This document shows positions 12,191-26,660 of a stretch of 64,000 bases of DNA, piece by piece. The number at the start of each line of letters is the position of its first letter. Position 1 is the stretch's first letter. Below the pieces are notes generated by a model that was not told where the DNA came from, did not search any database, and saw nothing but the letters and a program-made list of their open reading frames with translations. A program made the position numbers and the translations under genes. The stretch comes from Rhynchobatus australiae. Lineage: Eukaryota. Location: assembly GCA_034780895.1 (NCBI GenBank), contig JAUZTB010000001.1, forward strand, positions 125,328,024-125,392,023. Direction: 5' to 3'.

Positions 12191-14164
12191 GGAAAGGAAA
12201 TTAATTCTCTTGGAGATGATTTATTTATTTCACTTTATACCTGGGGCCCTTCCCTGGGCCCAAAATGGATCTCAGTTTTACCCTTTTGTCTTTAAGCAAC
12301 TCCTTTCTTCTCAGTAGCCAAAGTTGTCAGACTCTGGTCTTTGTCATGATCCTGTAAACCCACTTCTTCCTGTCACACAACAATCTGGGCATTAATTTAC
12401 ATCGTAACATAACATTAACACACATAGAGTATGAATTAAAAATCAAAGCTACTCAGAACAGAAAATAGCCTTCAAAAGTGCATTAAAAAATAAAATTGTT
12501 GTTTAAGTGACAAGCCATTTCAAACTGAGCTGTCCTTTCAAAGATAATTGGGGTTTGTTCCAGTTTCATTAGTGCACAATGCCATTAATTAAGAATGCGA
12601 TATCTTCAAAGAGAAGATCCTGAAAGCCAATTCATTGAATGAAAATATCACTGAATTTGTTAAAGAAAATTAAAGGCCCAATAGATCTAGGACTTCTTTT
12701 GTTCCTAAGCTGTCACTGCTCCGTGGTAAGCCATTTGACTAAACAATGCTTTGCTCTTTGAGCCAATTGCTTCAGCTTTAAAATGTTGTAAGGAAAGGGA
12801 ATATTGTTTCTATTTACAAAAGGATACATTGTTGTATATTGATTACATTAAATTACTAGATTCATCATGTCACGTTCATAGAGATGTTAGATTGGATTCA
12901 AGAGCATTAGAGGTCATATCCAACTTCAAATAATCCTTATTAAAGGTTTACTTTTAAAAATTATTTATGCCTGCTTGCACTCTCTGCCTTGCAAGGACAT
13001 TAAACATTTGTATAATCCTGTTAATTGGTCAGATATTATCATTGGCTCTGGTGGTAGAACAAGTTGGAGAGAGTTTTGCACCATTGACACTGCCTCCTCT
13101 AATGCTGCATTGGGGTGTCTATTTAACACACTGCAATCAAAATCATACCACAGTTACTTCTAAATATTATTCTAATTGTGGGGTTATAGACCTTGCATAT
13201 TGTGCCCACCTGTATAGCATCTGTAGTGTTCAGTGACAAGCTAAAACTCCTTAACCTCAAAAGAATGTAAAGGCACTGGCACATGTTCCTTATGATCAAC
13301 TTATGAAAGTTTTCTTGTGAAATTTTCTCATTATAATATTTAAGTATAGGTCATGGGATCAGGCGGATCTCCTGCCACACTCTCTTCCTCATTCCCCCAT
13401 CATTAAAAGTGGGAGTGATACTGGGATTATTTACATTTAAGATGTGAACATTAGCCCCATTAACTTTCTCCCTCTCCACAGTTGCTGCATGTACAATTCC
13501 GCAGAACTTTGCCTTTACTAAAAGAATTATAGAGTGCCTTTAGACCCAGAGGTCAGGGACCAATACGCTGAGGAGGTCATCAGTCGAGTAGAGGCATATC
13601 CTGTTCCATTAGTGAATATATAGAGACTTCACACAGTAAAGTAATTATCCAGAATTCTCAAAAGTCCTGGGAAAAGGTGATAATTTCATTTTATCAAGAT
13701 CACATGGCATGAGGGGTGGGGCTTGGGTGGGGACTGCTGAACTCTAGCACCATTGCCACATCCTTCGTCCACATCCAGAAAGGTGAGGTCGAGACCGTCC
13801 TGGAGCCAAGCAGCAAGGCCCTGCACGGGTGCCAGGACTTCACATGGCACAATTTAGACAAATGGATTGGCCGAAACAAACCCCCCCAGTAGCAAAGCCT
13901 TNNNNNNGCCTTGCTCACCCCTATAGGGTGTTAAGAACTTTGAATGTTTCTGTTTGTTCCTAACATTAGCAAACTCTGATAAACTGTTAAAAATGGAATA
14001 AAAACTTTAAAAGTTGTTTAAATCGCTTACCAAATAATAAGCAAGGTATTTAAAAATATATTTAAATATTTAGAAATACATTACTGCATACACAAATCCT
14101 TGGATAGAATAACATATTTCATTCTTCCCCTGATTCCTCTGCAGCCATAAACTCTCCAATCAAG

Positions 14165-14300
14165 TGGAGACACAAGAGACTGTAGATGCTGGAATCTGGA
14201 GCAACACACAAAAAACTGGTGGAACTCAGCAGGTCAGGCAGCATCTAAGGAGGGAGATGGACAGTCCACGTTTTGGGTCGAGACCCTTCATCTGAACCGA
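14165..14300 (-). mobile_element. Penelope terminal repeat with decayed hammerhead
   Basis: ACACAAGAGACTGTAGATGCTGGAATCTGGAGC...GGAACTCAGCAGGTCAGGCAGCATC...TTTTGGGTCGAGACCCTTCATC. Confidence 0.75.
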
Positions 14301-14689
14301 TCAATTTCTGAATCAAGTGAATGGGCTAACAGGCCTTGTGCCTGGTTTAACTTGAAGCAACAGTAGAGAGCAGATTTCCCAGTGTAAATTCAGCCTGGAG
14401 ATTTCTAGCAGCGCATGGCCATCAAGACTTCTGAACTTGCCAAAAGTTATGAAGGAAAATGCCAACTGCTAGCTAAACCCAGCAAAATTCAGGTCATTGA
14501 AATTTTTAGTCCATGTCAGTCATCCCATCACCTCTATGCCAGAAATGCTCAGAACTGGCAGTGTCTGTTATTTAGGTACTGAACAATCAATAAGAAAATT
14601 TTATTCTGTCCACTGTTGCACAATCCAATGAGGCCACATCAAAGCACAATATTAAGGTCCTTAAGCGTATGATGGAGCAGCAGCTAAAT

Positions 14690-15030
14690 TATTGGACAAG
14701 CAGCCAGAGTTCTTGATCACTGATCAAGAAACACAGTTCATTATGGCAGCTGGGGAATTTACCTTCAAGTAATATAAATAAATCTTGAATTTAATAAAAA
14801 GTCTGGTCTGCATAACAGTAATCATTAAACTATCTGATTGTTGTTGAAAACCCATCTGGTTTGCTAAAGCCGTTCAGACTTGCCCTATCTAGCCTATTTG
14901 TGACTCCTGATTCCAATGTGGTTGACTATCAACTAAACTTTTCAGTTTAGTTTGGGTGCAATTAGGGAGGATAAAAATTACTGGCAATTGCCAGTGACAT
15001 TAGCATCCTGTGAATAAATTAATTAAAAAA
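14690..15030 (+). mobile_element. Elasmobranch SINE with LINE-derived stem-loop tail
   Basis: Ends GCAATTAGGGAGG..ACTGGCAATTGCCAGT..CATCCTGTGAATAAATT(A)n; related tails at about 23150 (-), 28080 (-) and 29600 (+). Confidence 0.55.
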
Positions 15031-18000
15031 ACGCAGGATACAGGTACAGACCCTAACCACAAAAACACTGCACTCAAGATCATGAAGTGGTTTTAAATAT
15101 AGAGAGTTGTAGGAAGGATATATTGGCCTTGGAGGGAGAGCAGTGGTTTAAGGAAGTGATATCAAGAGACAATGGATTACACAAAGTATGTTTATAGACC
15201 ATGACCACAATTCAGAGGTGATTTGATTAAAAACATATTCGTGACAACTGATTGCAATGATAGGAAGAGCTTCCTTATATTGGTTGGGAAGTTTAGGACT
15301 AGGTGGGGTGGGATGCATAGGTATAAAAATCAGACTCAGGAAGGAAATATTTCCACACAGAAAGGATGAAAGTTTGAAACTCCCACAAACATTACTGAAG
15401 CTAGGTCAGTTGTTAACTTTAACTTTCAGATTGATAGATTTTTGCTAACCACACATATTAAGGGAAGTGCAGCCAAGGCACATAAACTGGGTGGAGTCAT
15501 AGTTCAGGCACTATCCCACTAAATGCTAGAAGCAGCTTGAGGAGCTAAGTGGCCTCCTGGTGTTTCTGCTTTCATTGGCAGAAGGGTCAGTAACCAAGGG
15601 CACACAATGAAGTGAATTAGCAAATGAGGAGAAGATATGTTTTGGCAAAACAAGTTGTACTTATTAAGAATGCATTGCCTGAAAGGCTGATTAAAGAGAT
15701 TCAGTTGTAACCTTGAAAAAGAACCTGGATACATATTTGTAAAGGAAATGTTTGCAAGAATGCAGAGAAAGAACTTGGGAGTGGCACAAACTGAAAGGCT
15801 TCTTGCTCTGGTCAGTTCATCCTAGCTTGACTTTCAATCTAATCAGCCACGTGTAGTGAATGCTCAGTTCTTTAAATAATTCTTTGTTTTAAAAAAAAAG
15901 ATACTTTTTTTATGAAGGCAAATGTGATCTAGTTTAATAATGGCTAAATTAGCACACTGACATTCTACATTTATTGATTCCAGCTGAGTAGAGCAATAAA
16001 TACTACCTGTCCTTAATTTCCTCTAAGCAGGTGGCAATGAAATTGCTCGTCTGAGCCATTGTGGTCCCACTGAGGTCATCCCCCTGTGCTGTTATGTTCT
16101 AAGAGTTTAACCTAGCAATAAGGAGAGAACACCAATTTATTTCTAGGTCAGGTTATGACTTTCCTGGGATCTCAAGGGTGCTGCAGTTTCTATAAGTATT
16201 TGAAGGACTCAGTCTAACCATCTTTGCCTTTCTATCCAATCACCTGTCTTGTATACTACATGACATATTTTTTTAACAGTTGGTAAATACGAAATATATT
16301 TTCTGATAAGAAAATATGAACTTCATTTGATGATTTTTGAACAAGCAGTTAACAGCTTGGACCCACTTATCTACCTCAGGGCCAGCTATTGCCAACCATA
16401 TTAATGAGAGCCCCCTTAAACAGTTTGAATATTAATAAAGCAATAAAGCTTAAAGAGATGCTGGTTTTTCTCTGAATGTCTCTTTTTTTAACAATTTCAT
16501 ATTAATGTAAAATGTAATTTTCCAATGGTGGTTTTTCATCAGTAAGATAGCAATTAGATCAAAATAAACCAATTATATTTCATTTGTTATTCCTTTAGAA
16601 AATGAAGAATAATTAACAGCAGCTAATTAGAATGCAACTACCATCTATCAGTGCTTTCTTTAAATCAGACTACTGGTGCAATACCCAGCCTTTGATTAGA
16701 TGTTAATCTTGCACAATCAAAATTAAGTGATCTGTCTCTGGCTGATTTAGAAATACTGCTCTCAGTTAAGGAGATAAGTCCAATAAAAAGGAACTTTCAA
16801 GTTCCTCCTTATTTGATTTGCATGTATCCTAATCAATTTACAATGGCTGAGGCACGCAAAGCTTGTTTGTCTGGTGCTGACTCTGACTTTTATGGCAAAA
16901 CCAGAAATGAGGAGTGCAGGAAAGCAGACACACCCCTCAGGCATCAATGCAGCCAGGTGTTTAGTACAGCCCANNNNNNNNNNNNNNNTTTAGCAGAAAG
17001 GAAGCATGATTGGGTTATGCCAAATAAACGAAAGACATCCTGTCCTGTGACGACCTGCTCTTTCTGAGCTGACTGTTTAGAATAACGTCACTCAAGCATT
17101 CTGCTCACAAAGTGAATTTCACTGATTAAATGAATGGCCAATCTGTTGTTGGGGGTAGCCTCCATGGTTTAAATCAGGTAAAAATGGAGATGTTATTGTC
17201 ACTGGCCCCATGCTGAAGGCATACTTTCCTTCAGTGTCTCAAATTAAAGATTAATAGTTTCACACTGCTTTTCAGATTTGAGAACACCAATCTTCTTTCA
17301 AATTATTCAGGAGCTGCATGAGTTTTTGATACTGTAACTATCCTCCTCTGATCAGGAAATGTAAAGGGGGAGATTTAATTGATGAACTCACAGTGGTGAA
17401 GGGTTTTGACAGAGTACTAATGACAAACTGTTTCCACTGGTAGGGAAAGCTCAGCAACCAAAGGACACAGATTTAAAATAACTATCAAAAGAATCAGAAG
17501 GGAGGGAAGGTTTTTTTTAATTAGCAAGTTGCAATGTACTCTGCCCAAAGGGTGATGAAAGCAGAGTCAATAGTAATTTTCGAAAAGGAATTGGAGAATT
17601 AATAAAGAAAAAGGGGAGAGAGCAGAAAGTGGCACAAACAAACTGAGCTGAATGATCTTCCTGTGTTTTGTGATTCTATGATAGTTGTTAAAAAATGAAT
17701 AACTAATAATTACTAATAATTGCTAATCATCCTCATGATAAAAAATAATGTATTTATCCTTAATACAGGAACAGAATTAATATGAATACATCAATTACTT
17801 CTTGTGATTGCCACACATGCAAGATGAAGGGATGGAAGTTCCATGGGCTCTATGGATTTTCCATTGTAACTACATTGAGAGAAGGTAGAAATCCTGCTAA
17901 TGATCATTGTGATTTCTCTGAAGTTCCCATTGGCATCCCACCAACATTTTATTGCAAGACCAATGGAAGATCTGAATAACATTAGAGCCCAAAGCAATAT

Positions 18001-20039
18001 ACAAGCAAATTGGTTCAATATTTCAATTTACCCTGTGATATATTGCTGTAGTAAATGAACCAGAAATGGCCCGTATACAATTCTCTCCTGGAGCCTCGTT
18101 GGGCAGCCTTAGTGGAGACAGAGGTGCATCTCAGATGAAAAGGGAGAATATCAGCAAGAACTGATCTCGGTCTAGTGCTCTCTGCATTGACAATGGATTT
18201 GGAGCATAAAGGTTGGTGGTGACCATTCACAATGGTTGAATGAACTTTCAGCATGCTGTCTAGATTTAAACATTGATGACATACCAGTAGGCTATAACCA
18301 CAGGCAGATCCATAGTGCACCACAGTTCACACCACTTAGAAGGTAAGTAAACAACTGTAATGACACTACTAGTAAATATATCCATTCCAAGCCCATACAC
18401 CCCAGATTGTATTGACAAGGGGTTTGCAATTTCCACGCTATATAATCAACAAAAAGTGACCAATACAAAGAACTAGAAAGACCAACTATAACCTTCAGTG
18501 TCTTCATCATCATAAAGTCATCCACATGGAGTCACTATTGGTCAGCAGTTTAACCAGGCCTTGNNNNNNNNNNTAGTGGCTAAAAGAATAGATCAGAAGA
18601 TGGGTACTTTAAAGGAATGGCTCATTTCCTGGACTTTCCATCATCTACAATGTCAGGAGCATAATAGAATACTTGCCGTTCACTCAGATAGGTACAACCA
18701 CAACAACATCACTGTGAGTGCTAATGGAACTTCAACAAAAGGGCAATTTGTTCCATTAGCAGATCCACTCACAAGCAGATTCAATATCCACCTTCTTCAT
18801 CAGCTCGATAGCGTGACTGGAGAATGTACAACATACAAAATGCACTAGAACAATTTACCAAGGTGAATGCAATAAGATCCATAACCCCTGTGCCCAACTT
18901 TACCCATGTAGAGAAGAACGATGCGAATTCTGTTGGAGCACCATTTCCTCCAGGGTTTTTCATATCATGCCTCTTGTAATTTATTGAGAAACCAGTTACT
19001 TCACTTTCATTGTGTAAATATCCCAATACTCCCTTCTGGGGGTTACATGCAAACACCAACACCATGCAAGTAGCAAGTAGAAGGTCCATCATCGCTTATC
19101 AGAGTAATAAGTGATGGATGTTAGTGGGGAGATGACTTCTTGATTTTTCTCAGTCAGATATTGTAGAAATTCCTAGGGTGCTTATAGGTAGCTGCATTGA
19201 AATATTTCCAAGTCAAGTCAAGGTGTGACTTGAAGTGGAACCTGCTGGTGATGGTGCTCCCATGAACTTGCAGTTGTTGTCCCTTTTAATGGTAGAGGTC
19301 ACAGATTTAGGAGCTACTGTCAGAGCAGCCTAAGTGAGTTGCTGCAGTGCATGTTATAATGATGCAGTCTGTAGTCAAAGTGTGCTGGAGTGGGAAGCAG
19401 TGGGTGGAGGGGGTGCTAACTATTTAAAGTGGTGTATGGGTGCTCATTTGACAGTCTGCTTTGGGTTCTGGATGGTGTCTGTAAAATTTCAGTCAGGCCA
19501 ATGCTCTTTACTTAAAGCAACAAAAGAGGTTAAGCCATCTTTTCAAATGACAATCTAAATATAAGGCATATTGAATATTTTACACCAAATATCTATACCA
19601 AATACTCTACCATCAGGAAACCAGAGATTTGTCTTTGGGTCCAAGTCTCATTCACCTTTTACATCTGCACTTACTGACCTGTACAAGTTCTGCTCAATTT
19701 TAAAATCTTCATCCTAGTTTTAAAGTCACCGAACACCCACATTTCTGCAATCTCCCTGCAACGTTTCTAGGTCACTTTATTCTTCCAGTTCTGTCTTGTA
19801 CTCTCTTTTGCCTGGAGTTCATTCCCTAAAATCCTTAGCCTCTCTACTCCTCCTTTAAGGTCCTCCCCAAAAAAAACTTCTTCAGCAGAGGCTTTGCACA
19901 TTTATCCTGAGACCCTCTTCTGTGAAATTTTGTCAATTTTTTGTACATCCTTGAATGCCATTGGACACTTAGTGATGTCAGAGGTTTGATATAAGTGCAA
20001 GTAGTTTATACAGTCATATGCACAAAAGTGGCCATAGTT

Positions 20040-20520
20040 GGGCTATTGTGTGTGGTTTTGGTCCACTTATTTTAAAAAGAATATACCAGCATCAAGAGAG
20101 ATTCACCAGGCTAATTCCTGGGATGAGAGGATTGTCCTATCACAAAACAGCTAAAAATAATTACATCCATATTCTTTGGAGGTTAGAAGAATAAGAGAAG
20201 TTATGAGATCCTGAGGGGGCATGACAGGGTAGGTGTTGTTCTTTCCATCCGTGGTAGACTCTCGATCAAGGGGCAATCATTTGAAAATTTCTTCTCACAG
20301 GGGGTGGTGAATATCAGGAATTCTCAATCCTGGAACATAGATTATTGCAGGTATTTAAAGAGGAAGTAGCTAAACCTTTGAAAGATTAGGGAGTCGAAGG
20401 TCATGGGGAACTGGCACAGAAAAGAAAATGAGTCCTGGGGCAGATCAGTCGTGATCATATTGAATGGTGGGCCAGGCCTGAAGGGCCAATTCCTGCTTCT
20501 ATTTTCTTTTGCTTCTATGT
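20040..20520 (+). mobile_element. CR1 LINE 3' fragment
   Basis: ATTCACCAGGCTAATTCCTGGGATG, TTCTTCTCACAGGGGGTGGTGAAT and GGCCTGAAGGGCC tail. Confidence 0.75.
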
Positions 20521-23500
20521 ACCTGTATGGCACCAATGCGNNNNNNNNNNNNNNNNNNNNNNNNNNNNNNNNNNNNNNNNNNNNNNNNNNNNNNNNNNNN
20601 NNNNNNNNNNNNNNNNNNNNNNNNNNNNNNNNNNNNNNNNTGCGATTTCAGCAGGAAAACAGGGAACAGCTGGAGGAAGATTCAGAGCTGGATTGCCACT
20701 GTACTCCCTATTTGTATTTCAGTATTTTGCTGAACTGTACTTCCTCCAGTCCAACTGGCCTGAGATTTTCCTGAGCAGGGAACATCACATGGCAGATTGT
20801 AACATGACAGTTGATTTTCTGATGGATGGGAACACAGTGACCTGGCAGGAATACACCAGAGGGACTTAAGATATATTTAGCACACTTGGTTGCTCATCCT
20901 TAACATGCTGAGATGTGCAAGCTGCCAGCTATTATTTTGTTAGAAAAAATCCATCTAGAAAGCAATCAGATAACAGGGATGAGTAGTTTCTATTGCTGTA
21001 TAGTTTAATCTGAGACAGACAACACAGATATCATAATCTTTTGTTACTAACATAATCTGAAATTTACTTTTACCTTGAATGTTCCACTTTAGTGAAACAA
21101 AACAAAAAAATGCATCAGTTTCATTTCTTTCCACTTTCTTCATTACAACAATGTTAATGGTGTTATAACACATTAGCATTTCCCAGCAAATTGGCATCAA
21201 AGTAATTGTATCTAAACTCTTAAGTGCTCAGTGTAAATCTTTTGTTTATAATCAAGAAGCATAGGGCCAAAGGTGATGTGTTAATCAACAGGCGTCAATC
21301 TCTCCAAACTAAAACGAGGAATACCAGCATTCCATTGTTTCTCACCAGTGTACTGTCTTACACTGAGCAAGTATAACCCTAAACCTAACCCTAAAAATGC
21401 TTGCTTCATTTCCTGGGACTGACTGTGAGAACCACTATATACACACTCTCCTATTACAGGACTATGAATGACTGACAATGAATACAATGTCAGTTGCTAC
21501 CTATTGAGTGAACGGGAGGATCTCCATATGCTCCGGTTCTCATTCAACATTTGGATTAACACTTTGTTTCCTAGTGAGTTAATTCTTGTTAACTCCCTGG
21601 GAAAACAATGCAGACAGAAAACTCTTTGTTGAACTTGTAACAAAACAAGCACTTTTCCATTACAGGGTATGGATCCGTGCCCAAGTGGGTATGGACCTCA
21701 AAGCAGTCTACGAATGGCCAGTCTTGTGACTAATGATCTTTCATGGTGTCTGTATGTTCTTTATCAGCCCTCGGTTTGGATAGGTCACATAGTAGTACAT
21801 CATGAAGTTAAAAGCCTGGAAATTTTTTATGCCCAAAAGCCATTTTGGTCACCTTTTAACCAATAGCGTTAAAGTCCCACCCAGTGGGAAATTGAATGAG
21901 GCATGTATGGTCACATTCATTTTAGTGTGGCTGAGTTTTTCCAGTGTTATTTGCGTACATGANNNNNNNNNNNNNNNNNNNNNNNNNNNNNNNNNNNNNN
22001 NNNNNNTACCTACTTTGTTTATAACTCTGACTATATCAAGGAACAATCCTGCAGCTTGTCAGTAAGGAGATGTGAATTAAAGATGTAAGTTGACCAATCT
22101 ATTGCCGTCTGCATCCACCTGCCTGAATTGTCAATGCTGCACATCCCTGTACATCATTGCTGGGTCTCACAGTGCTCATTGTGGACTATCAAAACCAAGC
22201 ACAGCATAAATATGCTGTAACCCGACTGCATAAAGAGCCCATGTAGTGTGGAGCCATTCACGACACAGCACTCAATCAGTCAGGAAGATCAAGGTCGGGG
22301 AGGGGGTGGAATGTTCACATATGCCTTCCCTGCATTTTCCCTCACATGCAGGGCAGCCTTTTGAGTTGTTGTACTGCAGCTGCCATGGAGAGGGTTCTTT
22401 TAAGCTGACACCCATCTCTCATGATTCCCAGCTGCAAAGGTGTAGAAGCCACAATTTCTGCAGACAACTGCATTTGGGAACTGTACAGTTCTGCTTTGAC
22501 ACAGCAATCGGTGAAAAGCACCCTGATAGTTTTTTATAGGTAATTTTCCCATTTTCATGATTTTTGGCAGTTCCTGATTTGAGTGTTAGCACCATACTCA
22601 GCACCACCTAGTACACCAAATAAGGGCAAACTAATTTCTAGATGGTGGTTCTTACTTTATTTAACTGATCAGAAATGTATTGAGAAAACTCCTCGATTTC
22701 AGTGAGATGATAGATTCCAGAGTAATTTGCTACATTTCATAAATGAATATGCATGAATTTAACANNNNNNNNNNNNNNNNNNNNNNNNNNNNNNNNNNNN
22801 NNNNNNNNNNNNNNNNNNNNNNNNNNNNNNNNNNNNNNNNNNNNNNNNNNNNNNNNNNNNNNNNGACACTGGCACTATACATTAAACAAGAAGATATGAT
22901 CAAAGGTATTCACATTTATGAGAGAGAGTGAAATGGTTTTCTTGGCAGATTGCACTTTAAGCTGAAGGGATTCTGTGCTTTTATGGGGGTTTCAACTTTT
23001 GATGAATTATGGTGATATTTCAGATTATAATATAAATTTTAGTAGGAGAAAAAAATTACCGTTAAAATCTCAGACAACACAAGGTTAACATAGATTATGA
23101 AAGATTGATGTTTTCCCAACTGATATAAAGAAAATCTGCTTTTTAAAGATTTCCTTCTCAGGATGTAGGCACTACTGGTAAGATTATTATTTATTCTCTA
23201 ACTCTAGAATGTGATGATGAGATGCCTCCTTGAATCACTGCAGTCTGTTGATAAGGCGAATGTAGAGGAATACTATCATTTTAGCCCGATGGTAATGAAG
23301 TTAGTATTGTACTTCTGCCTTGTTCCATTCAACACAGAATATTCAGCCTTTAAGTCACCCCAGTGATGCGGTATTCATGTGGCTGATCTGGTTGAGTTAA
23401 TGCTCGATACCCCCAGGTTTTTGATGGTGGAGGGGGAATTTCATGATGATTATGTAAGAGAATACACGGGTAAGTAGCTAGGTACTTCCTTGTTTAATGT

Positions 23501-23560
23501 AATTATTGCAGCACAAAAGGAGGCCATTCAGCCCATGAAGTCCTTACTGTTGGCATCTTG

Positions 23561-23575
23561 CTGCAAGGGGGCAGC
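23561..23575 (+). promoter_or_regulatory. Candidate CTCF site
   Basis: CTGCAAGGGGGCAGC vs CCRCYAGRKGGCRS. Confidence 0.3.
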
Positions 23576-23889
23576 GAGTGCTTCAATATGCATTGAATTT
23601 GAGATGAAGATTGGTTAGAAGTGGAGCAGACCATGCACCAGATGTACAACACTTAGGTTTTGGGCTTCTTCTGGAGCATGACCTGATATCCTTCAAAGGT
23701 CATCAACAAAAAAGTTGGGTTTTCTTTTTAAGTTATGGATAAGTTGCACCAGCATAATCTCTAAAAATGGATTGTTGCTTTATTTTATTTAAATGAATTT
23801 ATACTTACAAACTTAAACACTCTCACCAAGCCCATTATCAAGAATGGCCTAAACTATTTCTCCAGTATTACCGAAGTTTCGAGGTGAGG

Positions 23890-24190
23890 TCACTGCCATC
23901 TTGTGCACAGCAGGGTCCCGCAAATTGCAGAGTTAAGTGCCCAGATAATCTATTTAATTTTTATGATCTTGGTTGTGGAATAAATATTGCCCAAAGCATT
24001 TGGAGAACTTCTCAGCATGCTTCAAACAGTGATCCAGGATCTTCTATATCCACCTGAGATGGCCAATCATTCTTTGGTTTAATATCTCATTGAATAACAC
24101 TCCCTCTATCAAGTTATCATCCTAGATTAGATATGCAAGCCCTGGGGAGAAGTCATTGCTTTAGAAAAGAGGGTCTTACCTACCAATTTT
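23890..24190 (-). mobile_element. SacSINE1-type DeuSINE
   Basis: Reverse Deu domain: CACAGCAGGGTCCCGCAAA, GAATAAATATTGCCC, GGATCTTCTATATCCACCTGAGA, GGTTTAATATCTCAT. Confidence 0.7.
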
Positions 24191-26479
24191 CCAGGCTAAC
24201 ACCTGCAACAATTTATCTCACAATAAATTATAAACATATAAGTAAACATTTTATGAAAGAACACTGCTGTTGCAGAATTTTCAGAAGCTGACTTGAGTAA
24301 TAGCAATTTCTTACAAAGAACAGCTTTTCATGCAAAATGTTGCATTCCTAAAATAAATTGGCAGGAATAAGGATTGTGCATTCTAGTTCCTCACTTGTGC
24401 TTCAGACACAATTCACCACACAAAGAATGCAAAATTAATAACATTTATTAATATCAAACAGTGGCTCAGTAGAATTTATGTAAAGAGAAAAAGAGAGAGA
24501 CAGAATATTCTGAACTCACTCCATCAGAAATGTACATGGCAAGCAGCTGCTGCATCAGTTTTCCAAGTGGTCAGAAAATCAAGAGTAGCTTTCAACCAGA
24601 TTTGCACTAAAACCAGAAAATGCTGGAAACACTCAGCAGGTTAGCAGCACCTCTGGAAAGAGGAACAGAATTAATGTTTCAGGTCCATTTGTCAGGTTTG
24701 CAATATGTTCTTCACACAGAGTCTCGCTAACAATACAAAACCAGAAAAAGATGCTTGTAAAATGAAGAAGTATCCAAGGCTTATTTTTTTATTATGTTTT
24801 ATTTCTTATGTTTTATATAAGGAAACCAAGGATTGATTTAACTTTTTGTAATTAACAACTCAAATGATGTAGATTCTCTTGCCAAATATCTTTTTAAATT
24901 TTTTCTTTCATTTGCACAATAAGTCTTGCTCATTATTTCATATAAATAATCTTCAATGACAATTGCTGCTTGCAGGTTAAATGGCTACAATGATGCAACT
25001 TCTTATTATGCTCCTGTTTTTATGTTGAGATTATAACCCGCCTGAAGGGAGCTGGCAGGCTAGATTTACATGTCAAAAAAATCCATGCTGTTGATTCCCA
25101 TTGGCATTCGAATCATTTATTACACATACAAAACTATGTATAATTTTGCACTTACAGATGTAATTACAGATTTTGAAACAAGGTATTTTTTTTTCTGATT
25201 TTTCACTCCCACAGCAGATCCTTCCTTGCTGCTGAGGATGTGTACCAGCCTTTCCACAGCATGCAGCAATTTTAATTGCCTGAAATTCACCATTGTTTTA
25301 AACAGTTGGAAAGTAGCATGCAATCCACACAAAGAATTTTCAATGTTTTCCCAACAAACTACTTCAAGATGGCACTTTTCTCTCTTTTTGTAACTTCTAG
25401 AATACTTGTCTTAGCAATTTAATCAACAAGATTTACTCTTAAGCTCTAATCTTGACCTCTCTCCAGTAGCCTTCAATAATTAGTCTCATCTCATGACCAT
25501 TTATTTTTGAAATTGTTCCGATTAACAGAATATAAAATTTGGGTTCAGCTTCCACATCAAACCAAAAATGTTGTACTTCCAGTAGCAAGGTCTTCCTACT
25601 TTCAAAGACATAGTTCCAAATATGCTTTGTTCTTCATCGCACTTGGTCCATAAACCATTGCTTGTGAAATATCTTGCACAGCCAAAATATTCCTGTCAAA
25701 ATAGTCATCAATCCTCAATGCCCCCTTGATTGCCAGAAAATACCTTTCCCTCATCTACTTTTGAAGTGCGTCGTACAAGTTGCATTTTTAAATTGATTGG
25801 TGGTTCTTCAGACAGATTGTCAAAACAAATTAATTTGGTGTGCCCTGAGCAGTTAGTCATTTTAAATAGCCTTCGTTTGCTTCATTAATTTCCAGACTGA
25901 GAGACACGTTTTCAAATCTACATCTTAATTGTTATCATCATGTAGGATTCCCCAGGAGGAGGGGCAGCTTCAAAGCATTGGCTGTTACTTTCCTGAAGTT
26001 GGGACAGAACCCTGTTCCTGCATTATATAAGGATACGGCCTACTTAATTTTTAGTGTGACTGCAATTCCATTGTAATAGGAAAGAATTAAACAAATGAAT
26101 AAGTAAAGACTAATTTGTTTGCTTTTCTTTTAAGGAAAGCTTGGAATGGAATGGTCTCCTGAACACAGTGGTGGAAATTGAATCAACATTAGTTAATTTA
26201 AGGAGGAAACGTTGATTGTTACTGGGAGTGGAACTAGCTGGATTTCCATTTTGGAAGAACCACCCTAGTGCTTTCTACTGTTTTATGAAAAATTTGTCTG
26301 TGTACATCATCTCGTGAGTGCACTTTAGATATGCACTTTAGAGCATATTGTCAAATCTATGCCATGGATTCAGGAGTTCTTGTCAAGTTCACTGAAGAAA
26401 GGTTTATTTTAACGTGGCATTATCAGAATACCATCATTCTGAAATGGCAAAGATAGAGTTCAACATGGAGTGTTGATTG

Positions 26480-26660
26480 ATCCCAGTTTACAGCCAATCC
26501 TAAATTAATCCCATATTCTCCCTACATTCCCATCAAATCTTCCCCCCTCCCCCCCCCCACCAATTCTACCCTTCACCCACACCATTAGGGGCAATTTACA
26601 GCAGCCAATTAACCTATTGACCTGCACATCTTTGGGATGTGGAGATCATTTGTGGAACCA
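26480..26660 (-). mobile_element. V-SINE/HE1 fragment
   Basis: GGGGCAATTTACAGCAGCCAATTAACC..CACATCTTTGGGATGTGG. Confidence 0.7.

Noticed and set aside
14710-14995. Palindromes TTCTTGATCA-C-TGATCAAGAA and ACTGGCAATTGCCAGT
   Set aside because: Both lie within a SINE; the second is the family's LINE-derived 3' stem-loop.
21374-21393. Interstitial telomeric repeat (TAACCC)n
   Set aside because: Only about three imperfect units; compatible with chance.
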